A stretch of 64,000 bases of DNA. Source: Candidatus Latescibacterota bacterium (lineage in GTDB: Bacteria > Latescibacterota > UBA2968 > UBA8231). How positions within the stretch are numbered: position 1 is the stretch's first letter; every line of letters starts with the position of its first letter. Shown one piece after another: positions 28,264-37,823 of this stretch. The position numbers were made by a program, and so were the translations under genes. The notes beneath the pieces are model-generated. The model was not told where the DNA came from. It did no database searches and was given only the letters and a program-made list of their open reading frames with translations. The DNA lies in the NCBI GenBank assembly GCA_965204725.1, contig OZ242005.1, positions 224,001-288,000 of the forward strand. Direction: 5' to 3'.

Positions 28264-30918
28264 ATGATCAGGTTGTTGGTAGCGGCACTCGGCGTCGTGT
28301 CTATACTCAGCAACGGCTATGCCGAAATCAAGCGATGGCGCGTCGGCGACGATGTGCATCCTTGGACCCTGCGGCCGGTCACCGGTCGTCTCGACTTGGG
28401 CCGTAGCTGGGCTGTCGAGCTGATCGCCGACGATGATGGGGACGGGCGCATCGACGAAGACCCGGTCGAGCTAGTCGACAATGACTACGACGGCCAGATC
28501 AACGAAGACCCCATAGACCCACAAGTTGACAACGACGACGACGGCCAGATCAACGAAGACCCAGCCAACGGGCGCGACGACGATGGCGACGGACTCATTG
28601 ACGAAGACCCCCCGGAATTTTTCGACAACGACAACGACGGGCGCATTGACGAGGATGGGCCGGATCCTCAGTTCGATAATGACGGCGATGGACTGCTCAA
28701 CGAGGACGGGTTGTATTCTCCTTTTGACGACGACTGGGACGGACTGCTCAACGAAGATCCGGCCAATGGTCTGGACGACGACAACGACGGACTGATCGAT
28801 GAAGATCCGCCACTGCCCGAACACGGTGAGGGGATTACCACTTGGATTAGGCCAGTGCATTTGGACAGCCTGCGGAACCTCGCCTATCTGCTCAACCAGC
28901 GCTTCAAGATCGGCGAGTTCGGCGGCATCATCCCCGGCAAGGCTCCGCAGCGCCCCTTTATGGTGGTACCGAGCGAATATGGCTTTCGCCGTGAGATAGC
29001 CGACCCGATTTCGGCCGACTACTGGTCAACCGCGCAGGTAATCGGTCGAGTCGACGCCGAAAAGTCGGTTGACGGCAACCTGAGTACGGCATACGGCTCC
29101 GCCCTTTACCACCGCGGCGGAGTTGGCATCAACCTGATGGGCTACTACTATCTCAATCGCATTATCTTCCGCCCGCGGCCGACCTTGCCCGCCACCACTA
29201 TTGCCAACTACTTCATCAGCTATGGAGACCACACTACCATCAACAGCCGCTCTGAAACCATCCAAGCGAGTAAAATATTAGTCCCTGTTACTAACGGCCA
29301 GTTCAACCCGGTGATCAAGGATATCCGATTTGGTCTGCCCTTTGTCGCCGGCCGCCTCGACATAGTTTCGATTGATCTCAAAGGCACCTATGTAGAGACC
29401 GCCGAAGCTGGCTATTTCGGCGACGGCTACGCCATCGACGGGCGGTACACCTCGGCGATCATTGACGTGGGCACACTCACCCCGCGCATCCGGCGCTACG
29501 ACCGAGAGATCGAGCAGTTCGCCGGCTCCGATCGCGGTAGTTATGAAAGCCAGTTTCCCTTCGATGTTGCCGGCGGCCAAGTCAACTGGGGCAAGGTGCG
29601 TTGGCGCGGGCGTCGCGACAGCCGCGACAGCGATGTCCGCATCCAGTTCCGCGTCGGCAACACCCTCGACACCCACCTATACGCCCGCCGCTTAGGCCCG
29701 GGCCTCTCCGACACCCAAGACGAAAACGGCGTACCGCTCGACCTGTTTTCTTGGATCAAGCTCCCCGAAGGCCGCGTCCCCGAACACGAGCTTCAGTACA
29801 ACGAGCTAGGGGTTGACCTAGGCGACGACGGCCTCTTGGGCTGGAGCTTCTGGTCGGCCCCCTTCAAGCTCGAAGACGGTCTTATCGACGAGAGCTTGCC
29901 CGAATCCGAGTGGCAAAACGCCGGTGTCCAGCTGCCTCTGCCCGGCGGAACTCGCTACATCCAGTTTCGCATCTTCTTCGATTCCGCCCAGCACAGTGCG
30001 GCCCTGTTGGACTTCATCGAGTTCGACTACGACGCGCCGCTGGTCTCGGGTGGGATTGTCGCCGAAATTTTCCCCCCGTACGTCACCTTGGGCGAGGAGA
30101 CCGATTTCCGCTACTTTGTCCGGCCATTCTTCAAAACAGGCGAGGCCACCTCCTTCAACCGGATCGAGATCGCCGTGCCCAGCGCCGACACGCGCATCGA
30201 CACCTTGCGCTTCGACGGTCAAGATTGGGCCGAAATCGCCGCTGGCACGGCCGACGATCCGCTGCGCGATGTGCGTCCCATCCGCCTCGCCCCGGCAGCG
30301 GGTCGCTCCGACAGCCTAGGACAATTCGCTCAGAACCTGACTTCCGACCCGCTCACCGGCTCGTCTAAGCTACACATCAAGTTCCCCACAATGGGCGCGG
30401 AGCATTTCCAACTCGGCGAGAACATCGAAATCGTCTTTCGCTCCAAGCTCTTCCGCGGCTCTGAGGAGTTCACCAGCACGGTGTGGAACGACCAAGGCGG
30501 CGACAGCGGCGAATTTATCCCCCAGCCGACCGAAGATGGGGACGCTACCCCCGACATAGCCACCAACGCCCGCCTCGTGGTCGCCGACGAGATCAATCAA
30601 CTCATCGAGGCCCCCTATATCGTTCCCAACCCCTTTACCCCCAACGGCGATGGCATCAACGACGAGGCGGTCTTTTCCTTTGATCTCGTCCGCCTCTTAG
30701 AGCCGGTTAATGTTCAAGTCAACATCTACGACCTGTCCGGCCGCCCCATCGCCCAGATACACACCGGCGGCTCGCCCGCGAGCAACGTCCAAATTAAGTG
30801 GGACGGTCGCACAAGCCACGGCCAACTCGCACCGCCGGGAATCTATCTCTACCGGCTCATCGCAGACTCGGACGCGACCTCCACGGCCTATACGGGATCC
30901 CTATCGCTGGTCTATTGA
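28264..30918 (+). CDS. Secreted protein with acidic repeats and FlgD-Ig/T9SS-like C-terminal domain (884 aa)
   Basis: Signal peptide; RBS GGAGG; eight DxDxDGxIxED repeats; WSFWS; PNPFTPNGDGIND..WDGR..PGIY..LSLVY. Confidence 0.87.
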   Translation: MIRLLVAALGVVSILSNGYAEIKRWRVGDDVHPWTLRPVTGRLDLGRSWAVELIADDDGDGRIDEDPVELVDNDYDGQINEDPIDPQVDNDDDGQINEDPANGRDDDGDGLIDEDPPEFFDNDNDGRIDEDGPDPQFDNDGDGLLNEDGLYSPFDDDWDGLLNEDPANGLDDDNDGLIDEDPPLPEHGEGITTWIRPVHLDSLRNLAYLLNQRFKIGEFGGIIPGKAPQRPFMVVPSEYGFRREIADPISADYWSTAQVIGRVDAEKSVDGNLSTAYGSALYHRGGVGINLMGYYYLNRIIFRPRPTLPATTIANYFISYGDHTTINSRSETIQASKILVPVTNGQFNPVIKDIRFGLPFVAGRLDIVSIDLKGTYVETAEAGYFGDGYAIDGRYTSAIIDVGTLTPRIRRYDREIEQFAGSDRGSYESQFPFDVAGGQVNWGKVRWRGRRDSRDSDVRIQFRVGNTLDTHLYARRLGPGLSDTQDENGVPLDLFSWIKLPEGRVPEHELQYNELGVDLGDDGLLGWSFWSAPFKLEDGLIDESLPESEWQNAGVQLPLPGGTRYIQFRIFFDSAQHSAALLDFIEFDYDAPLVSGGIVAEIFPPYVTLGEETDFRYFVRPFFKTGEATSFNRIEIAVPSADTRIDTLRFDGQDWAEIAAGTADDPLRDVRPIRLAPAAGRSDSLGQFAQNLTSDPLTGSSKLHIKFPTMGAEHFQLGENIEIVFRSKLFRGSEEFTSTVWNDQGGDSGEFIPQPTEDGDATPDIATNARLVVADEINQLIEAPYIVPNPFTPNGDGINDEAVFSFDLVRLLEPVNVQVNIYDLSGRPIAQIHTGGSPASNVQIKWDGRTSHGQLAPPGIYLYRLIADSDATSTAYTGSLSLVY
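28429..28809 (+). repeat. Eight in-frame acidic tandem repeats, D[DN]DxDGx[IL][DN]ED[PG]
   Basis: Read directly from the translation, e.g. DDDGDGRIDEDP, DNDYDGQINEDP, DDDNDGLIDEDP. Confidence 0.9.
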
Positions 30919-30944
30919 CCACAAGGCGCGACCATTCTAACGTC

Positions 30945-33041
30945 ATGGCGCGCAACACCCGCTTCTTTTTGGGCGTCCTCCTGCTAGCCGCCCTCGCACC
31001 GCGGTTGGGCTATTTGTGGGAACACCGCGCCAGCCCCTTCTTCGACGCGCCCATCGTTGACGCCCAGACCTTTCTCAACCAAGCACAGGCCCTTATCAGC
31101 GGCCCATTCTGGGGCGGTGACGAACCGTACTGGCAACCCCCCCTCTACATCTACCTGCTGGCGTTCGTTTGCTGGCTCCTGCCGGCCTCGTACTTCGTCG
31201 GCATCCGGCTCATGCACGCAGGTCTCGGCGTCCTTTCCTGCCTATTGATATACTCGTTGGCCCGGCGGGCCTTTGGCGAGCAAGTCGGCCGCATTGCCGG
31301 CGTCGCGGCGGCCCTGTGCGGCTCCTTGCTCTACTTTGAGGGCGAGCTATTGGCCGTACCGGTGGAAGTATTCCTCAATCTTCTCCTCCTGTACCACCTG
31401 TTGCTGGCATGGCAACGAGATCGCGGGCGCGACTGGGTACTGGCCGGCTTCATCGCCGGCTTCGCGGCCCTCACTCGCCCCACCATCTTGCTCTTTATCG
31501 CGGCCTTTTGCGCTTGGGCACTGTGGCACCGGCGCGCAGCGGCCTACCGCTCCCTGTTCTCTTTTGTCGTTCCTATAGCCCTAGTCATCCTGCCCGTTAC
31601 CTATCGCAACTGGACCATTGAGCCGGACCTCGTCTTCATTTCCTCCAATGCCGGCGTCAACTTCTACATCGGCAACAACGCCAGCTACGAACGCACGGTC
31701 TCGCTGCGGCCGGGTATGCAGTGGGAGGCCATGATCGCACAACCGGCGCATTCGGGTCAGGAGACTGCGGCCGCCCAATCGGCCTTTTTTTTTGACAAAG
31801 CCCTTGATTACATAACGGCGCAACCCCTCGATTATCTCGGCCTGCTCTGCAAAAAAGGATTTCACTTTTGGAGCGGCCCCGAGACCAAGCGCAACCAAGA
31901 TATATACTACGCCCGTCAACACTCGAGGATATTGAGTCTCTTGCTCTGGGATTGGCACCTGTCGCTTCCCTTCGGCCTAATCGGCCCGCTGAGCTTGCTC
32001 GGCTTGGGACTCAGTGCGAGGAGGGAGTGGACGCCGCCGATTGCCTTGCTCCGGCTCTACGCGCTCGCGTACCCGGCCTCGGTCGTGCTCTTCTTTCCGG
32101 CGGCCCGCTACCGCATGCCGGTCGTGCCGGTGCTGATTGCTTTTGCTGCTTTTGCCGCCTTCCGGCTCTACCTAGGCGTGCGCCGCAAAGCCTACATCCG
32201 CACCACAGCGCTGGCCCTGCCTTTAGGAGGTCTATTGGTCCTGTGCAACCTCGCCGAAGCCGCGCCGACTTCAGAGGACGCTCAACTCTACTTCGACCTC
32301 GGCGAGGTGCATCTGCGCAAGCAAGACTACGCCCTGTCTGCGCGGTACTCGCGCCGGGCACTGGCACTGGACCCGGAGTACAACTACGCCCGCCACAATC
32401 TCGCCGTGGCGTGTTTTCACCAAGAACGCTATGGGGAAAGCGAGCGAGCGGCCCTACAGACCCTAGCGGAAAATCCCCGGCGCATCGACACTCATATCCT
32501 CCTAGGTCGGATTTACCTAGCGACCGATGAGCCGCAGCAGGCCGCAACGCATCTGCGCCGCACGCTCGAGCGGGATCCGGACTCCGGCCCGGGCCACTAT
32601 TACTACGGCCGCCTGCTCTACCGCCAAGGGCACTACACCGCAGCCGCAACCCACTTGCAGCGGGCACTTGCTTGGCAACCCCAAGACTTCTGGCTGCACT
32701 ACGAACTGGGGAGGGCCTTACAGCAGGCTGGACGATCCGAGGCTGCACTCGGCCAGTACCACCAAGCCCTCGCGCTCGAAAGACGGCCCGAGGCCCTAAA
32801 CGCCATCGGTGCTCTACACCTGCTCGCCGGGCGTACCCAAGTGGCGCGGACGCATTTTCTGCAAGCACTAGAACTGGCTCCAGACAACCCAGAAGTCCAC
32901 GTCAACCTCGCGCTCATCGAACTCGAACACAGAGACCACGCCGCGGCCATTGACCGGCTGCGCCAAGTACTGGCGCGCGGTCCTTCTCCCCACGCGCAAC
33001 GTCTGCTCGCCGAAGCCTATCGCCGGCTCGAATCGCCATGA
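30945..33041 (+). CDS. GT-C (ArnT/PMT-like) glycosyltransferase with C-terminal TPRs
   Basis: Start set at MARNTR; VDA and QPPLY motifs, multiple TM helices, ALTRP, RYRMP, then TPR repeats. Confidence 0.8.
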   Translation: MARNTRFFLGVLLLAALAPRLGYLWEHRASPFFDAPIVDAQTFLNQAQALISGPFWGGDEPYWQPPLYIYLLAFVCWLLPASYFVGIRLMHAGLGVLSCLLIYSLARRAFGEQVGRIAGVAAALCGSLLYFEGELLAVPVEVFLNLLLLYHLLLAWQRDRGRDWVLAGFIAGFAALTRPTILLFIAAFCAWALWHRRAAAYRSLFSFVVPIALVILPVTYRNWTIEPDLVFISSNAGVNFYIGNNASYERTVSLRPGMQWEAMIAQPAHSGQETAAAQSAFFFDKALDYITAQPLDYLGLLCKKGFHFWSGPETKRNQDIYYARQHSRILSLLLWDWHLSLPFGLIGPLSLLGLGLSARREWTPPIALLRLYALAYPASVVLFFPAARYRMPVVPVLIAFAAFAAFRLYLGVRRKAYIRTTALALPLGGLLVLCNLAEAAPTSEDAQLYFDLGEVHLRKQDYALSARYSRRALALDPEYNYARHNLAVACFHQERYGESERAALQTLAENPRRIDTHILLGRIYLATDEPQQAATHLRRTLERDPDSGPGHYYYGRLLYRQGHYTAAATHLQRALAWQPQDFWLHYELGRALQQAGRSEAALGQYHQALALERRPEALNAIGALHLLAGRTQVARTHFLQALELAPDNPEVHVNLALIELEHRDHAAAIDRLRQVLARGPSPHAQRLLAEAYRRLESP

Positions 33042-34684
33042 ACGCCTCGTCCGGCTCCTTCCCAGCTCTTTTGTTCCTTGCTTGCGCGTTGCCCGTCTCC
33101 AGTGCGGGGCCGCTTTTTACCGATGTGACCCAAGCGGCCGGCATCGCCTTCATCAATGAATCCGGCGGGGCCGACAAGCAGTACATCATCGAAACCCAAT
33201 CGGCTGGCGGCGGCTTTTGGGACTACGACGGCGACGGCCATCTCGACCTCTTTCTCACCAGCGGCGTCCGCCCGGACTCGACCGCAGGCACCGCGCTCTA
33301 TCGCGGGATAGGGCACGGCGCGTTTAGCAATGTGACCGCCGGCTCTGGCACGGGGCTGGGCGGCTGGAATATGGGCGTGGCCTTTGCCGACTACGATAGC
33401 GATGGCGACCCGGACCTCTACCTCACTCGTTGGGGCCGGGACGCGCTTTTGGCCAACGAGACAGAGACAGACGCGACCTTCAAAGACGTCACGGCGGCCG
33501 CGGGCCTTGGCTCGGCAGGCTGGGGGATCGGATCGGCCTTTGCCGACTACGACCGCGACGGCGATCTCGACCTCTACGTCGCCAACTACATAACCTATAA
33601 ACGCGGGGGGCCGCCCTTTTACGACCGCTGGTGCAAGCACAACGGCGTACCCGCGGCCTGTGGCCCGAGCGGTGCCCAAGCTCAGCCGGACTTGCTCTAC
33701 CGCAACGAAGGCGATGGCACCTATATCGACGCCAGCCGACAAGCGGGCATTCGCGGCCCGAATTACTACGGCATGGGCGTGGCTTGGTCCGACTTGGATG
33801 GCGACGGCGACCCCGATCTCTACGTCGCCAACGATGGACATCCCAATAGCCTCTTTCGCAACGACGGGGGCCGCTTTACCAACATCTCGCTGGCGACTGG
33901 TACGGCCTATAGCGGCGATGGACGGGCCCAAGCCGGCATGGGCGTCGCGCTGGCCGACTTCGACAACGACTTACAGGTAGATGTTTTTGTGACCAACTTC
34001 TCGCAGGACCAAAACACCCTCTACCGCAACGAGGGCAATGGGTTCTTCACCGACGTCAGTGGGTACGCCGGCCTAGCCGGCAGCAGCCGGCCTTTTATGG
34101 GCTGGGGCACTTTCTTCTTTGACTACGACCACGACGGCTGGCAGGACCTCTTCGTCGCCAACGGGCACCTCATGCCGGCCATTGAACGCGCCGGCGGCGG
34201 TCTCGGCTACCGCCAGCGCAACCAGCTCTACCGCAACTTAGGCGACGGGCGCTTTCGGGAAATCGCCGATGAGCCAGCACTCGCCGCCGAGCAGGTCAGC
34301 CGCGGCGCGGCCTGCGGCGATTACGACAGCGACGGCGACCTCGACCTCTTAATCGCCAATTTAGACGACGTCCCCACCCTCTTGCGCAACGACGGTGCGA
34401 ACAAAGGCCACTCCCTGCTGTTGACGCTACGCCAAGGCGTCACCGAGGCCATCGGAGCGCGTGTGCGGGTCCATGCCGGCGGCCAGGACCAAATGCGCGA
34501 AGTGCTCACCGGCTCTAGCTTCCAAGCCCAGAGCGATACGCGCTTGCACTTCGGCTTGGGACCCGCGGCCACGGCCGATATCGCAATCACATGGCCGGAC
34601 GGTGAGCAGCAAGTCTTTCGCGCCGTGCCCGCCGACCGCCATTACGTCATTCACCGGGGCGTCCATCGCCTCATGCCGGAGTAG
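33038..34684 (+). CDS. CRTAC1-family FG-GAP/ASPIC-UnbV protein
   Basis: ADYDxDGDxDLY repeats; RLHFGLG..ITWPDG; ATGA overlap with the upstream gene. Confidence 0.88.
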   Translation: MNASSGSFPALLFLACALPVSSAGPLFTDVTQAAGIAFINESGGADKQYIIETQSAGGGFWDYDGDGHLDLFLTSGVRPDSTAGTALYRGIGHGAFSNVTAGSGTGLGGWNMGVAFADYDSDGDPDLYLTRWGRDALLANETETDATFKDVTAAAGLGSAGWGIGSAFADYDRDGDLDLYVANYITYKRGGPPFYDRWCKHNGVPAACGPSGAQAQPDLLYRNEGDGTYIDASRQAGIRGPNYYGMGVAWSDLDGDGDPDLYVANDGHPNSLFRNDGGRFTNISLATGTAYSGDGRAQAGMGVALADFDNDLQVDVFVTNFSQDQNTLYRNEGNGFFTDVSGYAGLAGSSRPFMGWGTFFFDYDHDGWQDLFVANGHLMPAIERAGGGLGYRQRNQLYRNLGDGRFREIADEPALAAEQVSRGAACGDYDSDGDLDLLIANLDDVPTLLRNDGANKGHSLLLTLRQGVTEAIGARVRVHAGGQDQMREVLTGSSFQAQSDTRLHFGLGPAATADIAITWPDGEQQVFRAVPADRHYVIHRGVHRLMPE

Positions 34685-34688
34685 AACC

Positions 34689-36011
34689 ATGCGCTTTGTC
34701 CTGCTTTTTTTGGTGGTATGCACCGCTTGTACCCGCGAAATACCCGATCCACCGCCAGCGTCCACCGCACCCGCAGACCCAGCGGCTCAGACCTTTGCCT
34801 CCGGCCGTGCGCTCCAAGCGCGTGGCCTTTTTACCCAAGCCGAGCAAGCCTATCGCCAAGCACTGCACCAAGCCCCGACCAACCCCCAGTATCACTACTA
34901 TCTCGGCGTCACCTTGCACGCCCAAAGTCGCTTTGCCGAGGCGCGGACCCAGTTTGAAAAAGCACTCGAATTAAAACCCGACTACGCCGGGCCGCGCATT
35001 GCCTTGGGCAAAATGCTCTATGATGTCCACGGGAAAGTAGAAGAAGCGCGTCAACTCCTCACCGAGGCCCTAAAGCTGGCGCCGAGTGCGGTCGAAGCGC
35101 GGTATATCCTAGGCGCGATCCATCAGCGCGAAGGCCAGCTCCAAGAGGCCCGCGAAATTTTCGCCGCCATTGCCGCGGCCGACTCCACCCACCTCCAAGC
35201 TCGGCTCCAGCTAGGTTTAGTCGAACTAAAGCTGGGCAACTACCAAGAAGCCGAGAGCCAACTGCGCCAAGTCGCCCGCCTTAGTCCCCACGAGCCGGCC
35301 GCATTTTTGGGGATCGGGCAGGCTCTGTTGCGCCTCGGTCGCGCCGCAGAGGGGGAGCGCGTCCTCGAGCGTGCGCGCGTCTTGGACGAACAAAACGCCC
35401 AACTCAAGCCCCACCAAGACGCGCTGCGCCAGTACCCAGACCAACCCCAAGCCCACTCCAATCTCGCCGCGGTTTACAGCCGCTTTGGGCGTCTCAAACA
35501 GGCCGTTGAGCACTATCGCCAGTCCATCCTCATCGACTCGACCTATGGCTTGGGGTATCAAGGGTTGGGCACGCTGCTCCAGCGCCGGGGCAAGGACGAT
35601 TTGGCGGCGCGCTATTACCTCAAAGCACTGAGCTACGACTCGACCTTGGCCGAAAGCCACAACAATCTGGGCTTGATCTTTCACAAGCAGGGCGCCCTAG
35701 CAAAGGCCCTCCAACGATACGAGCGGGCCATTCGGTTCGCCCCCTCTACGGGTTTCTACTACTCCAACCTCGGCAATGCGTACCTCGAAATGGAGCAACT
35801 GGACCAAGCGCAGGCGGCCGTTGAGCGAGCCATCGAACTGGACGCGCAACTCTATAGTGCTCGCGTATTGCTCGGCGACATCCACGCGCACCGCGGCGAA
35901 TTCGCCCGCGCCATCGCGCTGTGGGAAGCCATTCCGTCCGGTGGGGCGGCCGGTGAGACTGTACAAGCCAAGATCGCCGACGCCCGCCGGCAGCTAGCCG
36001 CGCCGCAATGA
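34689..36011 (+). CDS. TPR-repeat lipoprotein
   Basis: Start set at MRFVLL; lipobox-like CTAC; repeated TPR motifs (YYLG, SNLA, NNLG). Confidence 0.85.
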   Translation: MRFVLLFLVVCTACTREIPDPPPASTAPADPAAQTFASGRALQARGLFTQAEQAYRQALHQAPTNPQYHYYLGVTLHAQSRFAEARTQFEKALELKPDYAGPRIALGKMLYDVHGKVEEARQLLTEALKLAPSAVEARYILGAIHQREGQLQEAREIFAAIAAADSTHLQARLQLGLVELKLGNYQEAESQLRQVARLSPHEPAAFLGIGQALLRLGRAAEGERVLERARVLDEQNAQLKPHQDALRQYPDQPQAHSNLAAVYSRFGRLKQAVEHYRQSILIDSTYGLGYQGLGTLLQRRGKDDLAARYYLKALSYDSTLAESHNNLGLIFHKQGALAKALQRYERAIRFAPSTGFYYSNLGNAYLEMEQLDQAQAAVERAIELDAQLYSARVLLGDIHAHRGEFARAIALWEAIPSGGAAGETVQAKIADARRQLAAPQ

Positions 36012-37510
36012 GCTGGGCTGTCTCGCTCGCCGCACTATGGGCGACTTTGAGTGGGTGTGGGGCAAGCTTCGGCCCGGAAGAAGAGGGCGAACGCTTGGTG
36101 CGGGCCGGGCGCGCCTTGGCCGCAGAACACCGCTACGCCGAGGCGAGGCGCGCCTTTGCAAAAGCCCTAGCCTTAGACTCGCTCAACGCCGCAGCGCACT
36201 GTGCCTTGGGCGATCTCGACGCTCGGCTCGGGCACGTAGAGCGAGCGGTCCGGGCCTACCAAGCCGCGCTCGCTGCCGACTCTACGTACCATCGCGCCCG
36301 GCACAACTTAGCTGTGATCGAGGCCGACCGGGGCCACCTGCCCCTAGCCATCGAGCTCCTCGAACACACTCCGACCTATGTCCCGGCCCTCCGCACACTG
36401 CCCCTCTTCTACGCCAAACAGGGACGCTACGACCTAGCCGAAAAGGGATTGCATACCGCCCTAGCGGCCGGCGGGGAAAGCATGGACGTGCGGCAACAAC
36501 TCGGCCGGCTCTATTTGCGCCAAGGCCGCTACGACGAGGCTCGAACCGCCCTCGACCGCGCCCTCGTCCAAGACTCGACCGAGGCCGAAAGTCACCGTCT
36601 GCTCGGTCTGCTACACCTAGCGGAGCGGCGTTATCCACAGGCGTTGGCGGCCTTTCGCCGTACGCTCGCGCTCAACCCCCAGCAGATCGAGGCCCACTAC
36701 AACCTTTCTTCGGCACTTTTGGGGCTGGGGCAGCCAACCCAAGCGCAGACGGCTCTAACGCGTTTTGAGACCCTTGCCGCACACGCCGCCCAAGTCGCCC
36801 GTCTGCGCCGCCAGCTCGACGCCGATCCCAACGACCGTGCGACTCGCTTGCAACTCGCGCATCACTACCGACAACTCGGCCGCGACGACGACGCCCTCAT
36901 CCACTATCGGGCCGCACTGCTGGCTGATCCGGCTGAGTTAGAGGTCCTAATTCCGCTAAGCGGCCTTTTGTTGGAGCAAGGACGAGACCAAGAAGTGCTC
37001 GAACTAAGCGGCCGAGGCATCGCCCAGCACCCCGAGGATGTACGCACCAGCAAGCTCCACTTCGCCTGCGGCTACGTCTATATGCGACGCGACCAGTACG
37101 AGGCGGCTCGCACTTCCTTTGAGCACGCACTAGCGCTCGATTCTTCCTCGGCTACCGTTTGGAACAACCTCGGCCACATCCAATTGCGTTTGGGCGAAGA
37201 AGCAGCGGGCCAACGGGCACTGGAAGCGGCCATTGCCGCCGATTCAACCCTAGCCGACGCCCACTACAATCTCGGCGGCCTCTTCCTGCAAAAGGGGCAG
37301 CTAGCCCAAGCGCAGCGGGCCTATCGGGCGGCACTGGAGGCCGATTCAACCTTGACGCGGACCTATTACGCGCTGGCCACCGTGTACCAAGCCCAAGGCG
37401 CGATTGCTCAGGCCCGCCGTTGCTACCAAGCCTTTATCGACAAGTGGCAAGGCGACCCAGACTTCCTGCGCCAAGCCCGCGAGCGGCTCGCCGAGCTGTC
37501 GAGTCCCTGA
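36008..37510 (+). CDS. TPR-repeat lipoprotein
   Basis: Lipobox LSGC; TPR repeats (HNLA, YNLS, NNLG, YNLG); ATGA overlap with the upstream gene. Confidence 0.85.
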   Translation: MSWAVSLAALWATLSGCGASFGPEEEGERLVRAGRALAAEHRYAEARRAFAKALALDSLNAAAHCALGDLDARLGHVERAVRAYQAALAADSTYHRARHNLAVIEADRGHLPLAIELLEHTPTYVPALRTLPLFYAKQGRYDLAEKGLHTALAAGGESMDVRQQLGRLYLRQGRYDEARTALDRALVQDSTEAESHRLLGLLHLAERRYPQALAAFRRTLALNPQQIEAHYNLSSALLGLGQPTQAQTALTRFETLAAHAAQVARLRRQLDADPNDRATRLQLAHHYRQLGRDDDALIHYRAALLADPAELEVLIPLSGLLLEQGRDQEVLELSGRGIAQHPEDVRTSKLHFACGYVYMRRDQYEAARTSFEHALALDSSSATVWNNLGHIQLRLGEEAAGQRALEAAIAADSTLADAHYNLGGLFLQKGQLAQAQRAYRAALEADSTLTRTYYALATVYQAQGAIAQARRCYQAFIDKWQGDPDFLRQARERLAELSSP

Positions 37511-37642
37511 TATAGCCGTCCTAATGGAATGTTGATCGGCATGGTCTTTTTTGCCTATAAGGCGTCCTTCCCGCGCAAGAACGTCACCCCGTGCTCCGAC
37601 ACGGGGCGGGAATCCAGTCTTGAATGATGTGGGATTGCTATA
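37511..37642. mobile_element. MITE-like element 1 (TA-flanked, TATAGC termini) containing a REP-like palindrome
   Basis: Left end TATAGCCGTCC, right end GGATTGCTATA (reverse complement TATAGCAATCC, 9/11 match); internal palindrome at 37564..37616. Confidence 0.65.
37564..37616. repeat. REP-like palindromic repeat, copy 2
   Basis: GTCCTTCCCGCGCAAGAACGTCACCCCGTGCTCCGACACGGGGCGGGAATCCA is the near reverse complement of 7719..7770. Confidence 0.85.
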
Positions 37643-37823
37643 TAGCCGTCCTACATCCTTCATACGGGATGTTCTACATGGCGTTTTGGGTATGAGATAC
37701 TTCGCTGCGCTCAGTATGACAAGGTGTCTGGGGCACCAAGCCCCCGTCTGTGTGTCATGCTGAGCGCAGCGCAGCGAAGTCGAAGCATCTCTACATGCTT
37801 GCAAGTCATTTAGGATTGCTATA
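37641..37823. mobile_element. MITE-like element 2, sharing a TA with element 1
   Basis: Ends TATAGCCGTCCTA and TAGGATTGCTATA; internal inverted pair GAGATACTTCGCTGCGCTCAGTATGACA (37694..37721) and TGTCATGCTGAGCGCAGC...GAAGCATCTC (37753..37791). Confidence 0.65.

Noticed and set aside
28429-28809. Possible CRISPR array from the ~50-bp periodicity
   Set aside because: The repeats are degenerate at synonymous positions and in frame within a CDS; no cas genes are present.
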